DNA of 59,826 bases, counting the filler. It is 5 parts of 5 records of this genome, joined end to end, with 100 filler letters (N's around TTAATTAATTAA, not from the genome) between each part and the next. Parts side by side here need not be neighbours in the genome. Positions count along the whole stretch, not along the records: positions 1 to 8,561 come from SRR2962707_1401; positions 8,662 to 29,408 come from SRR2962707_1408; 3 more parts are not named here. One strand, written 5' to 3'. The translations under genes were made by a program, and so were the position numbers. This document shows, piece after piece, positions 1 through 10,986 of this stretch. Numbering within the stretch: the stretch's first letter is position 1; each line of letters starts with the position of its first letter. A model generated the notes under the pieces. The model was not told the DNA's origin, searched no databases, and worked only from the letters and a program-made list of their open reading frames with translations.

Positions 1-66
1 AGTCAATACGGCTTTTTGCGTATACATTCGCATCAGACGCGCCCTTCAGGACGAGCCTGCAGATAC

Positions 67-95
67 AAAAAAAGCGCCTCGCAAGGCGCTTTTTT
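67..95. terminator. Intrinsic terminator downstream of rpmE, possibly bidirectional
   Basis: A7-GCGCCT-cgca-AGGCGC-T6 hairpin with A and T tracts on either side. Confidence 0.85.
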
Positions 96-112
96 CGTTA
101 TCAACATTCGAA

Positions 113-334
113 TCAGGCTTTCTTGCCACCGATGCGACCACCGAAACGCTTCTGGAAACGGTCGATACGGCCACCGGTATCCATCACTTTCTGCTTGCCT
201 GTGTAGAACGGGTGACACTGGGAGCACACATCCAGAGTCAGGTCCTGAGTGAACGTGGAACGTGTCTTGAGAACATTACCGCAGGAACAGGTAGCGGTAA
301 TCTCGGCATACTTGGGGTGAATACCTTCTTTCAT
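113..334 (-). CDS. rpmE: 50S ribosomal protein L31, Zn-binding type
   Basis: [37 protein letters not shown]. Confidence 0.97.
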   Translation of the reverse strand: MKEGIHPKYAEITATCSCGNVLKTRSTFTQDLTLDVCSQCHPFYTGKQKVMDTGGRIDRFQKRFGGRIGGKKA

Positions 335-594
335 GGCGAACCTCTATCGGTCATGCCGCTACCAGATCACGGGACTGCCTGGTTTTCATAGCAATCCGGG
401 TGTCGGGCACCGCATGTTTGAATCAATTGAGAAGACGGGGCACAATCATGCCCTGCCGGAAACAGACCGCGAATCTTACTTGCAAATGCGGTATCAGGCA
501 AGCCCCGGACCGTCATATCATCCCGCCCGACACGGGACACGCCGGTTTTCAGCTCCTTAAAAGGATAGGCAGATACCGTGACACCTTCATCGCC

Positions 595-2775
595 ATGGAG
601 CCACATGTGCCCCGAACTGCGCGTATAGCATTGAACCGCCCTATCCGGCGGCTGTTCGATTATCTGGTGCCAGATCACATTGCACTGCAACCAGGCCAGC
701 GTGTAACGGTCCCCTTCGGACGTCAATCGGCTACCGGGCTGGTGGTCGAAACAGACGCAAAACCACCGGAGGGCATCACCCTTAAACCCGTCCGGTCCGC
801 CGCCGAGGCGTGGCCAGCACTGCCCCCGGAAACCTTTCGCCTTCTTAGCTGGGCATCTGATTACTATCAGCACCCACTAGGAGAGTGCCTTTTTACCGCA
901 CTACCACCAGCGCTCCGTCGCGGCAGACCTGCCGTGGAGAATGCCGATCCCTACTGGCAAGCCTGCGGCGATCCGGCGCTGCTGCCCGGCAACGCAACAC
1001 GACAGAGAGAACTGCTGGCGTGGCTAAACCGCCAGCCCGGCGGCGCAGGCAGCAAGCAGATTGTGCGGGCCGGTTTCACGCAGTCGCAAATCCGAAGCCT
1101 TCAGGAAAAAGAACTGATCCGCGAGACCACGCCACCCACCCCAGATGGCGTAACAGAGGAAACCCGGAATCGTATCCCCGTACTGTCTCCAGCCCAACAA
1201 GAAGCCGCCAACCAACTTCCATCGCCAGACAACGGTTTCGCGACAGCGCTCCTGTTTGGCATTACAGGCAGCGGGAAGACCGAGCTCTACCTTCATTACC
1301 TGAAGACTCACCTGGACGACCGACACCAGGCACTCGTCCTGGTACCAGAGATCAACCTGACGCCGCAGACCGTAGCCCGCTTCCAATACTATTTCGGGTC
1401 ACGCATCGCGGTATGGCACTCGGCACTAAAAGACAGCGAACGACTCTCAACCTGGCTAAGGATCCGCAATGGAGAGCCGGTCATCCTGATAGGCACGCGC
1501 TCGGCTGTATTACTCCCCTTTACCGACCTGAAAACCATCATCGTGGACGAAGAACACGACAGCTCCTATAAACAGGGGGAAGGGTTCCGCTATTCCGGCA
1601 GGGACACCGCGGTCTATCGCGCGCACCTTAATAATTGCCCAGTTATTCTTGGCTCGGCGACGCCCTCCATGGAGTCATACCAAAATGCCTTGTCTGGCAA
1701 GTACCGCCTGGTTCGACTCGAAGAGAGAGCGGGTAACGCCAAGCCTCCAACGATCAAACTTCTGGATATCCGCAGTCGTCCTCTGGAAGGCGGTCTTTCC
1801 CGTCCAGCCCTGCAAGCCATCGAGAAATGCCTCAGCAATGGGCAACAGGCGTTGGTATTCGTGAATCGGAGAGGATTCGCTCCGGTCATGATGTGTTTCG
1901 ACTGCGGCCATATGGTGGAGTGCCCTCACTGCGACACACGCCTGACTTACCACCGCCGCGACCGGGCCATGCGCTGTCACCACTGCGACTTCCAGACCGC
2001 CGCAACAGACCACTGCCCCAAATGTGACAGCGAGGCGTTCAAGCCCGTCGGCCAGGGCACTGAACGCACCGAGGACATTCTAACCTCACAGTTCCCAGAC
2101 ACGCCTGTTGTTCGGGTCGACCGGGACAGCACCCAGCGCAAGGGCAGCATCCAGGGCATCCTCAAAAAAGTGAACAGCGGGCGCCCCTGCATTCTGGTTG
2201 GCACGCAAATGCTGGCCAAGGGCCACGACTTCCCGAACGTTACGCTGGTGGTTGTCGTCAATGCCGATGGCGGACTTTTCAGCGTGGACTTCCGGGCTCC
2301 GGAACAACTGATCCAGACATTACTGCAAGTGAGCGGCCGGGCCGGCCGTGGGGATAACCCCGGCGAAGTATTGGTTCAGACCTGTCATAGCGACCACCCC
2401 CTGCTGCACTCCCTGGCCGAGGGGCACTATCTCCCCGTTGCCGATCAACTGCTCGCGGAACGCGAAACGGGGCAACTCCCCCCCTTTCGTGCAATGGCGA
2501 TTTTCAGGGCAGAGGCTGAGACGATGGAAAAAAGCCTACAGTTACTGGACACCATAAAACAACAAGCCCGCTACCAGCAGATAGAGATCTGGGGGCCCCT
2601 GCCCGCGCTGATTGCTCGCCGCGCTGATCGCCTTAGAGCTCAACTGGTTCTGCTTTGCAGTAATCGAAAGTACCTCAACCACACGCTCGGCGTTCTGTGT
2701 GAAACGCTGGACCAGAGTAGACTCCCAGCCGGGCTAAAATGGGCCATTGACGTAGACCCGCAGGAAACCGGTTAA
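595..2775 (+). CDS. priA: Primosomal protein N' (replication restart helicase)
   Basis: GITGSGKTE, DEEHD, four CxxC motifs, QVSGRAGR, DVDP C-terminus; start placed at ATG 595 (GTG 607 also possible) rather than 400. Confidence 0.96.
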   Translation: MEPHVPRTARIALNRPIRRLFDYLVPDHIALQPGQRVTVPFGRQSATGLVVETDAKPPEGITLKPVRSAAEAWPALPPETFRLLSWASDYYQHPLGECLFTALPPALRRGRPAVENADPYWQACGDPALLPGNATRQRELLAWLNRQPGGAGSKQIVRAGFTQSQIRSLQEKELIRETTPPTPDGVTEETRNRIPVLSPAQQEAANQLPSPDNGFATALLFGITGSGKTELYLHYLKTHLDDRHQALVLVPEINLTPQTVARFQYYFGSRIAVWHSALKDSERLSTWLRIRNGEPVILIGTRSAVLLPFTDLKTIIVDEEHDSSYKQGEGFRYSGRDTAVYRAHLNNCPVILGSATPSMESYQNALSGKYRLVRLEERAGNAKPPTIKLLDIRSRPLEGGLSRPALQAIEKCLSNGQQALVFVNRRGFAPVMMCFDCGHMVECPHCDTRLTYHRRDRAMRCHHCDFQTAATDHCPKCDSEAFKPVGQGTERTEDILTSQFPDTPVVRVDRDSTQRKGSIQGILKKVNSGRPCILVGTQMLAKGHDFPNVTLVVVVNADGGLFSVDFRAPEQLIQTLLQVSGRAGRGDNPGEVLVQTCHSDHPLLHSLAEGHYLPVADQLLAERETGQLPPFRAMAIFRAEAETMEKSLQLLDTIKQQARYQQIEIWGPLPALIARRADRLRAQLVLLCSNRKYLNHTLGVLCETLDQSRLPAGLKWAIDVDPQETG

Positions 2776-2977
2776 CTTACTCACCTCCCCTTACTGAAGC
2801 CACGCATCAGATTACAAAGTTTTTCAAAAATGAATACCGATCAACATTGCATAGACGCATCCTGTGCTATGATTTTCAGCAAACTAATAATCAAACTTGT
2901 GAAAATACTTAAACTTGCGCATTTCAAGCAGGGAATGTGCTTCGAACTGGCCTTTGCTGTAACGGGAACTGGAGAAA

Positions 2978-4873
2978 ATGATAATGTCAGGGAAACTCCT
3001 TGCACGTGCGTGCGCTATATTTTTAGCGCTAATATTGACGGCCTGCGGTGGCGACGATAATTCTAGCCCGCTCGCCGGCTCACCTGATGGAAGCGGCGGA
3101 AGCGGCGACCCCACGACACCTTCAGAGGATGCTGATGTCGGCACCGTTGAACTCATAGCCAACCCGGTTCGTCTGGACACATCCACCAACGCCAGCTCAA
3201 GCATTACCGCGCGAATCAAAGACTCGAACGGCATTCTTCTGCAGGATGTTCCAGTGAGTTTCAGTGCTAATAACGGCGGAACTCTAGAGGTAACCCAACA
3301 AATCACCGATCAGGCTGGCGTCGCATCTGCGACCCTGACAACCGACAGTGACCCGAGAAACAGAACGGTGACAGTGACCGCCCAGGCAGGAAGCGTGTCT
3401 CGATCACTCAACGTCGAAATATCGGGAACGTCGATTTCAATCTCGGGCCCCTCATCTATTTCCCTTGGTGGCTCAGCCAACTATAGAGTGACGCTGTCAG
3501 ATGCTGACGGCAACGGCATCGCAGGACAACCGATAACCCTTTCAACCAATCGGGGCACCCTGTCTGCGTCCAACTTAACATCTTCCAGCAATGGCTCAGT
3601 AGACGTGCAATTGTCCGGCGGAAACACCGGAGGCACCGCAAACATTACAGCCTCTGCCTATAGCGGCAGCAGTCAGGTTTCTGCTACACAGAATGTGGTC
3701 ATTGCGGGAGACAGCTTCGCATTCACAGCCCCCGATACCGCTACCGAAGTAGACCTAGGCGTCGAACAACAGGTTACAGTTGAGTGGCAGGTAGACGGAA
3801 ACCCAGTGGCTGATGGTTCTCAGGTGCAGTTCTCTGCCACACGAGGCACTCTCAATCCGGCAAACGGCCTTGTGACTACCAGCGGTGGAGAAGCCAGCGT
3901 TGGCATTACCTCAACCAACTCTGGAACGACGACTGTGACGGCTACAGACCCAGACTCTGGCCTTTCTGCGGATCTGTCGTTTGAATTTATCGCAACCACT
4001 CCAGACTCGATAAATCTTCAAGCTTCGAAGACTCAGCTTGACCTGGGCGAAACCAGCGAGATCATTGCCGTAATTCGCGATGCTTCTAACAACTTGGTAA
4101 AAAATCAGGAAATCAGCTTCCGTATCCTCGAAGATGGAAGCGGGGGCAACCTGAGCTCCAGCCTCGACGTAACTGACTCTCAGGGCCGTGCCTCAACCAT
4201 TTACACCGCAGGATCAAACACCAGCGGTAGAGATGGCGTAGAAATTGAAGCTGTAGTGGATGGATCTATTTCAGATACTGTAACACTGACAGTAGCCCGG
4301 CAGGCACTTCGACTGGCTATCGGCACCGGCAACGAAATTGAGGAACCTGACTCTGTTCGATACGTAAAAGAGTATGTTGCGATTGTGACAGACGCCAATG
4401 GCGCTCCGGTGGAAAACGCCAGTATCGAATTGAGCGCACTGCCGGTTGGCTACAGAAAAGGCTACTATGACGTCACAACTGACGATGACTGGGCCATATT
4501 CCCTTCAGACCCACAGTTTTGTGAGGCAGAGGACACAAATCAAAATGGTCAGCTCGACCCCGGCGAAGATGTCAATGGGAGCGAAAAACTTGAGCCCACC
4601 AACTCTGCAGCCACTAGCTCATCATCAATCACGTCTGCCAGTGATGGCTCCGCCAGCTTCTCTCTTCTCTACCCACAAAGCCATTGTAACTGGGTACAGA
4701 TAGAACTGACGGCGACTGTTCGCGTAGGCGGATCGGAGAGTGTTGAAACATCCAGGTTCTACCTTTCATGCCTTGCTAGCGATCTCAGTAACACCGACAT
4801 TTCGCCTCCCGGCGGCACTGAGGGCCTATATGGCGTAGCACAGGACTGTTCGGTAGACGATTTCACCAATTAA
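2978..4873 (+). CDS. Lipoprotein with tandem bacterial Ig-like (Big_1/invasin-type) domains
   Basis: Lipobox LTAC-GG; Ser/Thr/Gly-rich beta repeats (TDQAGVASATL, TDSQGRASTIY, DANGAPV); acidic EDTNQNGQLDPGED loop. Confidence 0.8.
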   Translation: MIMSGKLLARACAIFLALILTACGGDDNSSPLAGSPDGSGGSGDPTTPSEDADVGTVELIANPVRLDTSTNASSSITARIKDSNGILLQDVPVSFSANNGGTLEVTQQITDQAGVASATLTTDSDPRNRTVTVTAQAGSVSRSLNVEISGTSISISGPSSISLGGSANYRVTLSDADGNGIAGQPITLSTNRGTLSASNLTSSSNGSVDVQLSGGNTGGTANITASAYSGSSQVSATQNVVIAGDSFAFTAPDTATEVDLGVEQQVTVEWQVDGNPVADGSQVQFSATRGTLNPANGLVTTSGGEASVGITSTNSGTTTVTATDPDSGLSADLSFEFIATTPDSINLQASKTQLDLGETSEIIAVIRDASNNLVKNQEISFRILEDGSGGNLSSSLDVTDSQGRASTIYTAGSNTSGRDGVEIEAVVDGSISDTVTLTVARQALRLAIGTGNEIEEPDSVRYVKEYVAIVTDANGAPVENASIELSALPVGYRKGYYDVTTDDDWAIFPSDPQFCEAEDTNQNGQLDPGEDVNGSEKLEPTNSAATSSSSITSASDGSASFSLLYPQSHCNWVQIELTATVRVGGSESVETSRFYLSCLASDLSNTDISPPGGTEGLYGVAQDCSVDDFTN

Positions 4874-4886
4874 GAAGACACAGCCA

Positions 4887-4930
4887 CTCTGGGGCCCAGG
4901 CTTGACTGAAAGCTGGGCCGGGCCCCAGAG
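4887..4930. terminator. Stem-loop after the Ig-like gene
   Basis: 11-bp inverted repeat CTCTGGGGCCC/GGGCCCCAGAG; no clear U-tract. Confidence 0.45.
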
Positions 4931-5040
4931 CCACAATCATATTTGAGTCCCTCCACCCTTTCCTTGATAATACGTCTCTTCAGTTTCAGAGGGCGCCCCG
5001 CCCCGTAACCCACTCTCCGTATATCGAGTCATCCGACAGC

Positions 5041-6726
5041 ATGAAAGAGACCGTATCCGAACTGCTCCAGTCTGCGCTGGCGACCCTGCAATCTGAAGGC
5101 ACCTTGCCAGCAGATCAGACCTTTACACCACAGGTAGGCAACACCAAGGACAAATCCCACGGTGACTACGCCTGCAACATTGCTCTGGTCGCATCGAAGG
5201 CGGCGGGTTGCCCGCCACGGAAGCTGGCAGAGGCATTGGTGGAACGGTTGCCAGACACCAGCGCTGTCGAGAAAGTTGAGATTGCAGGCCCCGGCTTTAT
5301 CAACTTTTTCATGAGCACGGCCAGTGCCTTTGAGGTGGTTAACACCATTCTCGACAACGCCGGGCAGTACGGTCGTAACAACAACGGCAAGGGCGAGAAG
5401 GTCCAGGTGGAGTTTGTCTCCGCCAACCCCACCGGCCCCCTGCACGTGGGCCATGGCCGTGGTGCGGCTATTGGCGACTGCCTGAGTCGTTTGCTGGAAG
5501 CCAATGGTTACGAAGTCACCCGCGAGTTTTACTACAACGATGCAGGCGCGCAGATCAGCAATCTGGCGCTTTCAGTGCAGTCACGGGTGAAAGGGCTGAC
5601 ACCGGACGACGAAAACTGGCCGGCCGATGGCTACCGCGGTGACTACATCACCGATGTGGCCAATGCCTATCTCGCCGGCGAAACCGTTACCGCGGACGAC
5701 CGGGAAGTCACCGGTAAAGCCGATCCGGACGATCAACAAGCCATCCAGGAGTTTGCGGTTGCCTACCTGCGTCGTGAGCAGGACCTGGACCTGAAAGCTT
5801 TTGGCGTGGAGTTCGACGTGTATTTCCTCGAGTCATCGCTGTACGAAGATGGCAAGGTAGAGGAAACCGTCGAGCGCCTGCAGGAAAACGGCTATACCTA
5901 CGAACACGACGGCGCCATGTGGCTGAAAACCACCGAATTCGGCGACGACAAAGACCGCGTGATGCGCAAGAAGGATGGCGGCTATACCTATTTCCTGCCG
6001 GACGTGGCCTACCACCTGAACAAGTGGCAACGGGGTTTCACCACGGTTATCAATGAGCAGGGTGCCGACCACCACTCCACCGTCACACGGGTTCGTGCCG
6101 GCCTGCAAGCGCTGAACGCCGACATCCCCCAGGATTGGCCGGATTACGTGCTTCACCAGATGGTGATGGTGACCCGATCCGGGCAGGAAGTGAAGATTTC
6201 CAAGCGCGCAGGCAGTTACGTGACGGTCCGTGACCTGATCGACGAAGTGGGCCGCGACGCCACCCGCTTTTTCCTTGCGGCTCGCAGAGTCGACTCCCAG
6301 TTGACTTTCGATATCGATCTGGCCCGCTCCCAGACCAATGAAAACCCGGTCTATTACATTCAGTATGCCCATGCACGTATTTGCAGTGTGCTCAGAAAAC
6401 TGAAAGAGGAAGGGGTTGAGCGCGGCCTGAACGAGTGCGTGGGAGATCTGTCCTTACTGACGCTCGACGAGGAAAAGGATCTCGCTAACCAGTTGGCCAA
6501 GTACCCCGAGCTTATAGAAAGTTCAGCCAAATTGCGGGAACCACATCACCTGACGCACTATCTCAAGGATCTTGCCGGGCAGTTCCACACCTACTACAAC
6601 GCCCACAAAGTTCTGATCGAGGATACTGCTGTCCGGGACGCTCGCGTTTCCCTGTATCTTGCCGTGCGGCAGGTGATTGCCAATGGTCTCGATCTGCTTG
6701 GCGTGAGCGCTCCCGACGAAATGTAG
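5041..6726 (+). CDS. argS: Arginine--tRNA ligase
   Basis: [40 protein letters not shown]. Confidence 0.98.
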   Translation: MKETVSELLQSALATLQSEGTLPADQTFTPQVGNTKDKSHGDYACNIALVASKAAGCPPRKLAEALVERLPDTSAVEKVEIAGPGFINFFMSTASAFEVVNTILDNAGQYGRNNNGKGEKVQVEFVSANPTGPLHVGHGRGAAIGDCLSRLLEANGYEVTREFYYNDAGAQISNLALSVQSRVKGLTPDDENWPADGYRGDYITDVANAYLAGETVTADDREVTGKADPDDQQAIQEFAVAYLRREQDLDLKAFGVEFDVYFLESSLYEDGKVEETVERLQENGYTYEHDGAMWLKTTEFGDDKDRVMRKKDGGYTYFLPDVAYHLNKWQRGFTTVINEQGADHHSTVTRVRAGLQALNADIPQDWPDYVLHQMVMVTRSGQEVKISKRAGSYVTVRDLIDEVGRDATRFFLAARRVDSQLTFDIDLARSQTNENPVYYIQYAHARICSVLRKLKEEGVERGLNECVGDLSLLTLDEEKDLANQLAKYPELIESSAKLREPHHLTHYLKDLAGQFHTYYNAHKVLIEDTAVRDARVSLYLAVRQVIANGLDLLGVSAPDEM

Positions 6727-6781
6727 CAAGTCAGGCTTCATGATCTGAATATTCAGGCACGCAACAGGAACTAACCCGGCC

Positions 6782-7414
6782 ATGTCCCGAGACTATGCCC
6801 GCAAATCAAGAACGGCCAGCAAACCGGCAACATCAACAAAATCCGCGAGGCCTGCGCGTAAACAAAAGCAGCCCCCAAAACGCCCTGCTGCGGCCAAGTC
6901 ACAGCGGGGCGGCTTGTCATTGAAGTGGATTCTGTCACTGGCAGCCGTGGGTGGTTTTATCGGCTTTATTGCCTATCTCAACTCACTTCCTACATCCGAG
7001 CCTCGCCAGGGTGAAAAAGCCACAACAGCCGAACCACCTGCGGTAAAGGAGAAGCCTTCGGAAACCGCCGCAAAAGAAAAACCCGGCTTTCACTTTTACG
7101 ACATGCTTCCTGACTCGGAGGTGGTTCCTCCCGAGGTCGAGGAATATACCCCTGGGCCAGGACAGCAAACGTTTGATTACCTGGTGCAGACGGGCTCTTT
7201 CCGACAACAGCAAGATGCAGAGAGGCAGCGGGCCGAAATCGCGTTCCAGGGCCTCCGTGCAAAGGTCAAACGCATCGACCTCGACAGCGGAAGCATCTGG
7301 TACCGCGTCAATGTAGGCCCCTTCACCTCTCGCAGCCAGATGAATGCGGCTATCGACAAGCTGGTCAATCTCAACATTCAGCCTCTGGTCAGGAAGATTC
7401 CCAAGGAGGGCTGA
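6782..7414 (+). CDS. SPOR-domain cell division protein (FtsN-like)
   Basis: Basic N-terminus, single TM helix, FHFYDMLP, C-terminal SPOR (LVQTGSF..WYRVNVGPF); argS-SPOR-hslVU order. Confidence 0.88.
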   Translation: MSRDYARKSRTASKPATSTKSARPARKQKQPPKRPAAAKSQRGGLSLKWILSLAAVGGFIGFIAYLNSLPTSEPRQGEKATTAEPPAVKEKPSETAAKEKPGFHFYDMLPDSEVVPPEVEEYTPGPGQQTFDYLVQTGSFRQQQDAERQRAEIAFQGLRAKVKRIDLDSGSIWYRVNVGPFTSRSQMNAAIDKLVNLNIQPLVRKIPKEG

Positions 7415-7444
7415 GCTGCCCTCCCGACTCTCTTTCCTCCCGCC

Positions 7445-7471
7445 CTTGAAAACCGCCCCCTCGCCTCCATA
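7445..7471 (+). promoter_or_regulatory. Sigma-32 (RpoH) heat-shock promoter of hslVU
   Basis: CTTGAA-N13-CCTCCATA resembles the CTTGAA/CCCCAT consensus and lies upstream of hslV. Confidence 0.75.
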
Positions 7472-7511
7472 ACTGCTGAATACCGTTTTCTATCAGGCAA
7501 ATGGAGCCAGA

Positions 7512-8042
7512 ATGACTACCATACTCTCTGTCAGGCGTGACGATGAAGTTGCCATGGGTGGCGACGGCCAGGTCTCCCTCGGCAATACCGTAATGAAGGG
7601 CAATGCCCGCAAGGTTCGCCGGCTCTATAACGACAAGGTGCTGGCCGGTTTTGCGGGTGGTACCGCCGACGCATTCACCCTGTTCGAGCGTTTTGAAGCC
7701 CAACTCGAGAAACACCAGGGCAACCTTACCCGCGCTGCTGTCGAACTGGCCAAAGACTGGCGAACGGACCGAGCTCTCCGCCGGCTGGAGGCCCTGCTGG
7801 CCGTTGCCGACAAGACAGCATCCCTCATCATTACTGGCAATGGCGACGTTATCGAACCCGAGCAGGGGCTGATTGCCATTGGCTCAGGCGGTCCGTTTGC
7901 CCAAGCATCCGCAAGGGCCTTGCTGGAGAACACCGATCTGAAAGCCAACGAGATTGTGGAGAAGGGCCTGGATATCGCGGCCGACATCTGCATCTACACC
8001 AACCACAATCGCACCCTCGAAGTGCTCTCAGCCAACGATTGA
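7512..8042 (+). CDS. hslV: ATP-dependent protease peptidase subunit
   Basis: MTTILSVRR with catalytic N-terminal Thr, [14 protein letters not shown]. Confidence 0.98.
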   Translation: MTTILSVRRDDEVAMGGDGQVSLGNTVMKGNARKVRRLYNDKVLAGFAGGTADAFTLFERFEAQLEKHQGNLTRAAVELAKDWRTDRALRRLEALLAVADKTASLIITGNGDVIEPEQGLIAIGSGGPFAQASARALLENTDLKANEIVEKGLDIAADICIYTNHNRTLEVLSAND

Positions 8043-8054
8043 TCCGGAGCTAGC

Positions 8055-8561
8055 ATGTCTGCAATGACCCCCCGTGAGATTGTCCACGAGCTCAACAAAC
8101 ACATCGTGGGCCAGGAAGAGGCCAAGCGTTCCGTAGCCATCGCCCTGCGCAACCGCTGGCGCAGGATGCAGCTGGACAGTGGTCTGCGCGAAGAAATCAC
8201 ACCAAAAAACATCCTTATGATCGGCCCCACCGGTGTGGGTAAAACTGAAATCGCACGCCGTCTTGCCAAACTGGCCGACGCCCCCTTCCTGAAAGTGGAA
8301 GCGACCAAGTTTACCGAAGTGGGCTATGTGGGCCGGGACGTCGAGTCCATTATCCGTGACCTGGCGGACATGGCCATCAAGATGCTGCGCGAGAAGGAAA
8401 TGAAGCGCCACGAGCATCGCGCCATGGACGCCGCCGAGGAACGCATTCTGGATGCCCTGATCCCGCCACCCCGGGACTTCAAGGAAGACAGCCAGAAAAC
8501 CGAAGACTCTTCCACCCGCCAGCTGTTCCGCAAGAAACTGCGCGAGGGCGAGCTGGACGAC
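8055..8561 (+). CDS. hslU: ATP-dependent protease ATPase subunit (3' truncated by contig end)
   Basis: [35 protein letters not shown]. Confidence 0.97.
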
Positions 8562-8661
8562 NNNNNNNNNNNNNNNNNNNNNNNNNNNNNNNNNNNNNNN
8601 NNNNNTTAATTAATTAANNNNNNNNNNNNNNNNNNNNNNNNNNNNNNNNNNNNNNNNNNNN
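8562..8661. other. Artificial contig spacer
   Basis: N44-TTAATTAATTAA-N44, giving stops in all six frames. Confidence 0.99.
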
Positions 8662-8662
8662 C

Positions 8663-9682
8663 AACCTCGACTTTGCCGACGTGCGCGCCGTCATGGACGA
8701 GATGGGCAAGGCGATGATGGGTACGGGCGAGGCTGAGGGCGAAGATCGCGCCATCCAGGCCGCCGAAAAGGCAATTGCCAACCCACTGCTGGACGAAATC
8801 AGCCTGCGTGGCGCCAAGGGTGTTCTGATCAATATCACCGGTGGGCACGACCTTACCCTGTTCGAACTGGACGAAGCCGCCAACCGCATTCGTGAAGAAG
8901 TCGATGCGGACGCGAACATCATCGTCGGCTCGACGTTGGACAGCACAATGGAAGGCCGCATGCGCGTCAGCGTTGTTGCCACCGGCATCGATGCGATGGA
9001 TGTGAACACCGAAGTTCCCGTGCCGCGCCGTTCGCTGGCGCAGCCGCTCAAGCAACAGGCAGCCGAAGCACCTGCCGCCGCTCCGGCCCCAGTTGTCGCG
9101 CAGCCGCAGCCCGTTGCCGCCCACCGGCAAGAACCCGAGTATGAGGACGAAGAGCCGTCGCTGTTCGAAGGCATGGGGGCGGCGCAGGGCCGCGATATCC
9201 CCGTGTTCGAACAGGATGATCGGTACGAAGATGCAGCAGCCCAGGACGATGGTCTGCCGCCGCCGGCCTACAAACCCAAGGTCGCGCAATTCCAGCCGCG
9301 TGCCGAGATTGAGGCCGAGCCGGACACCTTTATTGCCCCCCGCGCACCGGCCCCCGGAACGCCGTCCGCCGAAACCATGGCGCGTCTGCAGGCCGCTGCC
9401 GCCCGCACACGTCCGTCCCAGCCGCAGGGTCAGGGCACTGCGCGTCCCGCCGCAGCCGCCCCACAAGAGGCCGCCGAAGGCGACCGGAACCCACGCTTCG
9501 GTATCAATTCGCTGATCAACCGGATGACCGGCCATAGCCAGGATGCGCAGGCACCACGTCGTCAGCAACCCCCGGTTCAGGCGCGCAAGCAGCTGCAGCC
9601 GGACCCGATGATTGACCAGCAAACAGACGCGGATCAGGATCGAATCGAAATTCCGGCCTTCCTGCGGCGCCAGGCAAACTGA
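8663..9682 (+). CDS. ftsZ: Cell division protein FtsZ (5' truncated)
   Basis: [26 protein letters not shown]; long alphaproteobacterial linker; [12 protein letters not shown] tail. Confidence 0.97.
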   Translation, partial: NLDFADVRAVMDEMGKAMMGTGEAEGEDRAIQAAEKAIANPLLDEISLRGAKGVLINITGGHDLTLFELDEAANRIREEVDADANIIVGSTLDSTMEGRMRVSVVATGIDAMDVNTEVPVPRRSLAQPLKQQAAEAPAAAPAPVVAQPQPVAAHRQEPEYEDEEPSLFEGMGAAQGRDIPVFEQDDRYEDAAAQDDGLPPPAYKPKVAQFQPRAEIEAEPDTFIAPRAPAPGTPSAETMARLQAAAARTRPSQPQGQGTARPAAAAPQEAAEGDRNPRFGINSLINRMTGHSQDAQAPRRQQPPVQARKQLQPDPMIDQQTDADQDRIEIPAFLRRQAN

Positions 9683-9926
9683 ACTAAATCGTTCAATGTG
9701 AACACAATGCGACAGAGTCGCTCCCGCATATCGGGGGCGATTTTTCTTTATAAAACATGTGATTAGTGGTTGGCACCACGCCGTGCGCGGGGATGCGCCT
9801 ACCGAAACACGATGATGTTTCAGAACGTTGCAATCTTTGATTTGAGACAACAGGGGTGACCCTTTAGATATCCTCTAAGCGTTAACGGACCCTGAACGAT
9901 TAACGCCAACCCGTGAGGATTAAGCC

Positions 9927-10850
9927 GTGCAGACCACTATCAGATCAGCGATTTCGTTTACGGGTGTCGGACTCCACTCTGGCAAACCTGCGCGTCTGAC
10001 CATCCGTCCTGCTTCGGCCGAACACGGTGTCTGGTTCAAACGCACTGACATCGCCGTTGGCGATGCGATAGTACCCGCCCGTTGGGATGCGACCGAACAC
10101 ACCCCCCTTTGCACACGCATCTACAATCGCGTCGGCGTGTCCGTGTCCACGATCGAACACGTGATGGCGGCCCTTGCCGGGTGCGGCGTGCATAATGCCC
10201 TGATTGAAATCGACGGCCCCGAAGTTCCGATTCTCGACGGTTCCGCTGCCCCCTTTGTGCGCGGCATCCTTGCCCGCGGCGTGCGTGACCTGAATGTCGA
10301 AGTGTGCGTGATAGAGATTGTGAAGCCTGTTGAGGTCAAGACTGATCAAGGGTGGGCGCGGCTTGAACCCGGATCGGGCGGCTTGACGATGGATTTCCAT
10401 ATCTCCTTTACTGACAAGGCGATCGGAACGCAGAACAAATCTCTGGATCTGCGCAACGGCACTTTTGTGCGCGAATTGTGCGACAGCCGCACCTTTTGCC
10501 GTCAGGCGGATGTGGATGCAATGCACGAACGTGGTCTGGCGCTTGGCGGTACGATGGACAATGCGGTTGTCGTCGATGGCGACAAGGTGCTCAGCCCCGG
10601 TGGCCTGCGCCACCCGGACGAAGCTGTGCGCCACAAGATGCTGGATGCGCTGGGGGATCTGGCCCTGGCCGGTGCGCCGATCGTTGGCCATTACACCGGT
10701 CACAAGGCGGGTCACACCCTAACGAATCTGCTTCTGCGCGAATTGTTCAAAACGCCTGATGCCTTTCGCATGACCACTGTTTCCCCGGAAATGGCGGCCC
10801 AGCTACCGGGCGCTGGCGTCGATCGACACGAGATTCCGGCGGTCGCCTGA
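9927..10850 (+). CDS. lpxC: UDP-3-O-acyl-N-acetylglucosamine deacetylase
   Basis: GVGLHSG, TIEHVMAAL, EVPILDGSA, RHKMLDALGDL. Confidence 0.97.
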   Translation: MQTTIRSAISFTGVGLHSGKPARLTIRPASAEHGVWFKRTDIAVGDAIVPARWDATEHTPLCTRIYNRVGVSVSTIEHVMAALAGCGVHNALIEIDGPEVPILDGSAAPFVRGILARGVRDLNVEVCVIEIVKPVEVKTDQGWARLEPGSGGLTMDFHISFTDKAIGTQNKSLDLRNGTFVRELCDSRTFCRQADVDAMHERGLALGGTMDNAVVVDGDKVLSPGGLRHPDEAVRHKMLDALGDLALAGAPIVGHYTGHKAGHTLTNLLLRELFKTPDAFRMTTVSPEMAAQLPGAGVDRHEIPAVA

Positions 10851-10986
10851 ACTGTTCAGTACAGGTTATGCCACGGCGTTGGCGGAAAACGGTGCAAAGG
10901 CGTTTTGCACCGGAATTTTCTGTGCTAGGACCGGTGGAAAGAGCGCGGGCATTGGCCCCGCAATACGTAATCAAGGGTGAGCAGGC

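Noticed and set aside
8606..8617. Repeated TTAATTAATTAA palindrome (also in the other three gaps)
   Set aside because: Synthetic six-frame-stop linker inside N padding, not biological
9040..9620. Low-complexity Ala/Pro/Gln stretch in FtsZ
   Set aside because: Normal long C-terminal linker of alphaproteobacterial FtsZ
9882..9904. Possible CtrA box upstream of lpxC (TTAA-N7-TGAA)
   Set aside because: Imperfect match that cannot be distinguished from chance without conservation data
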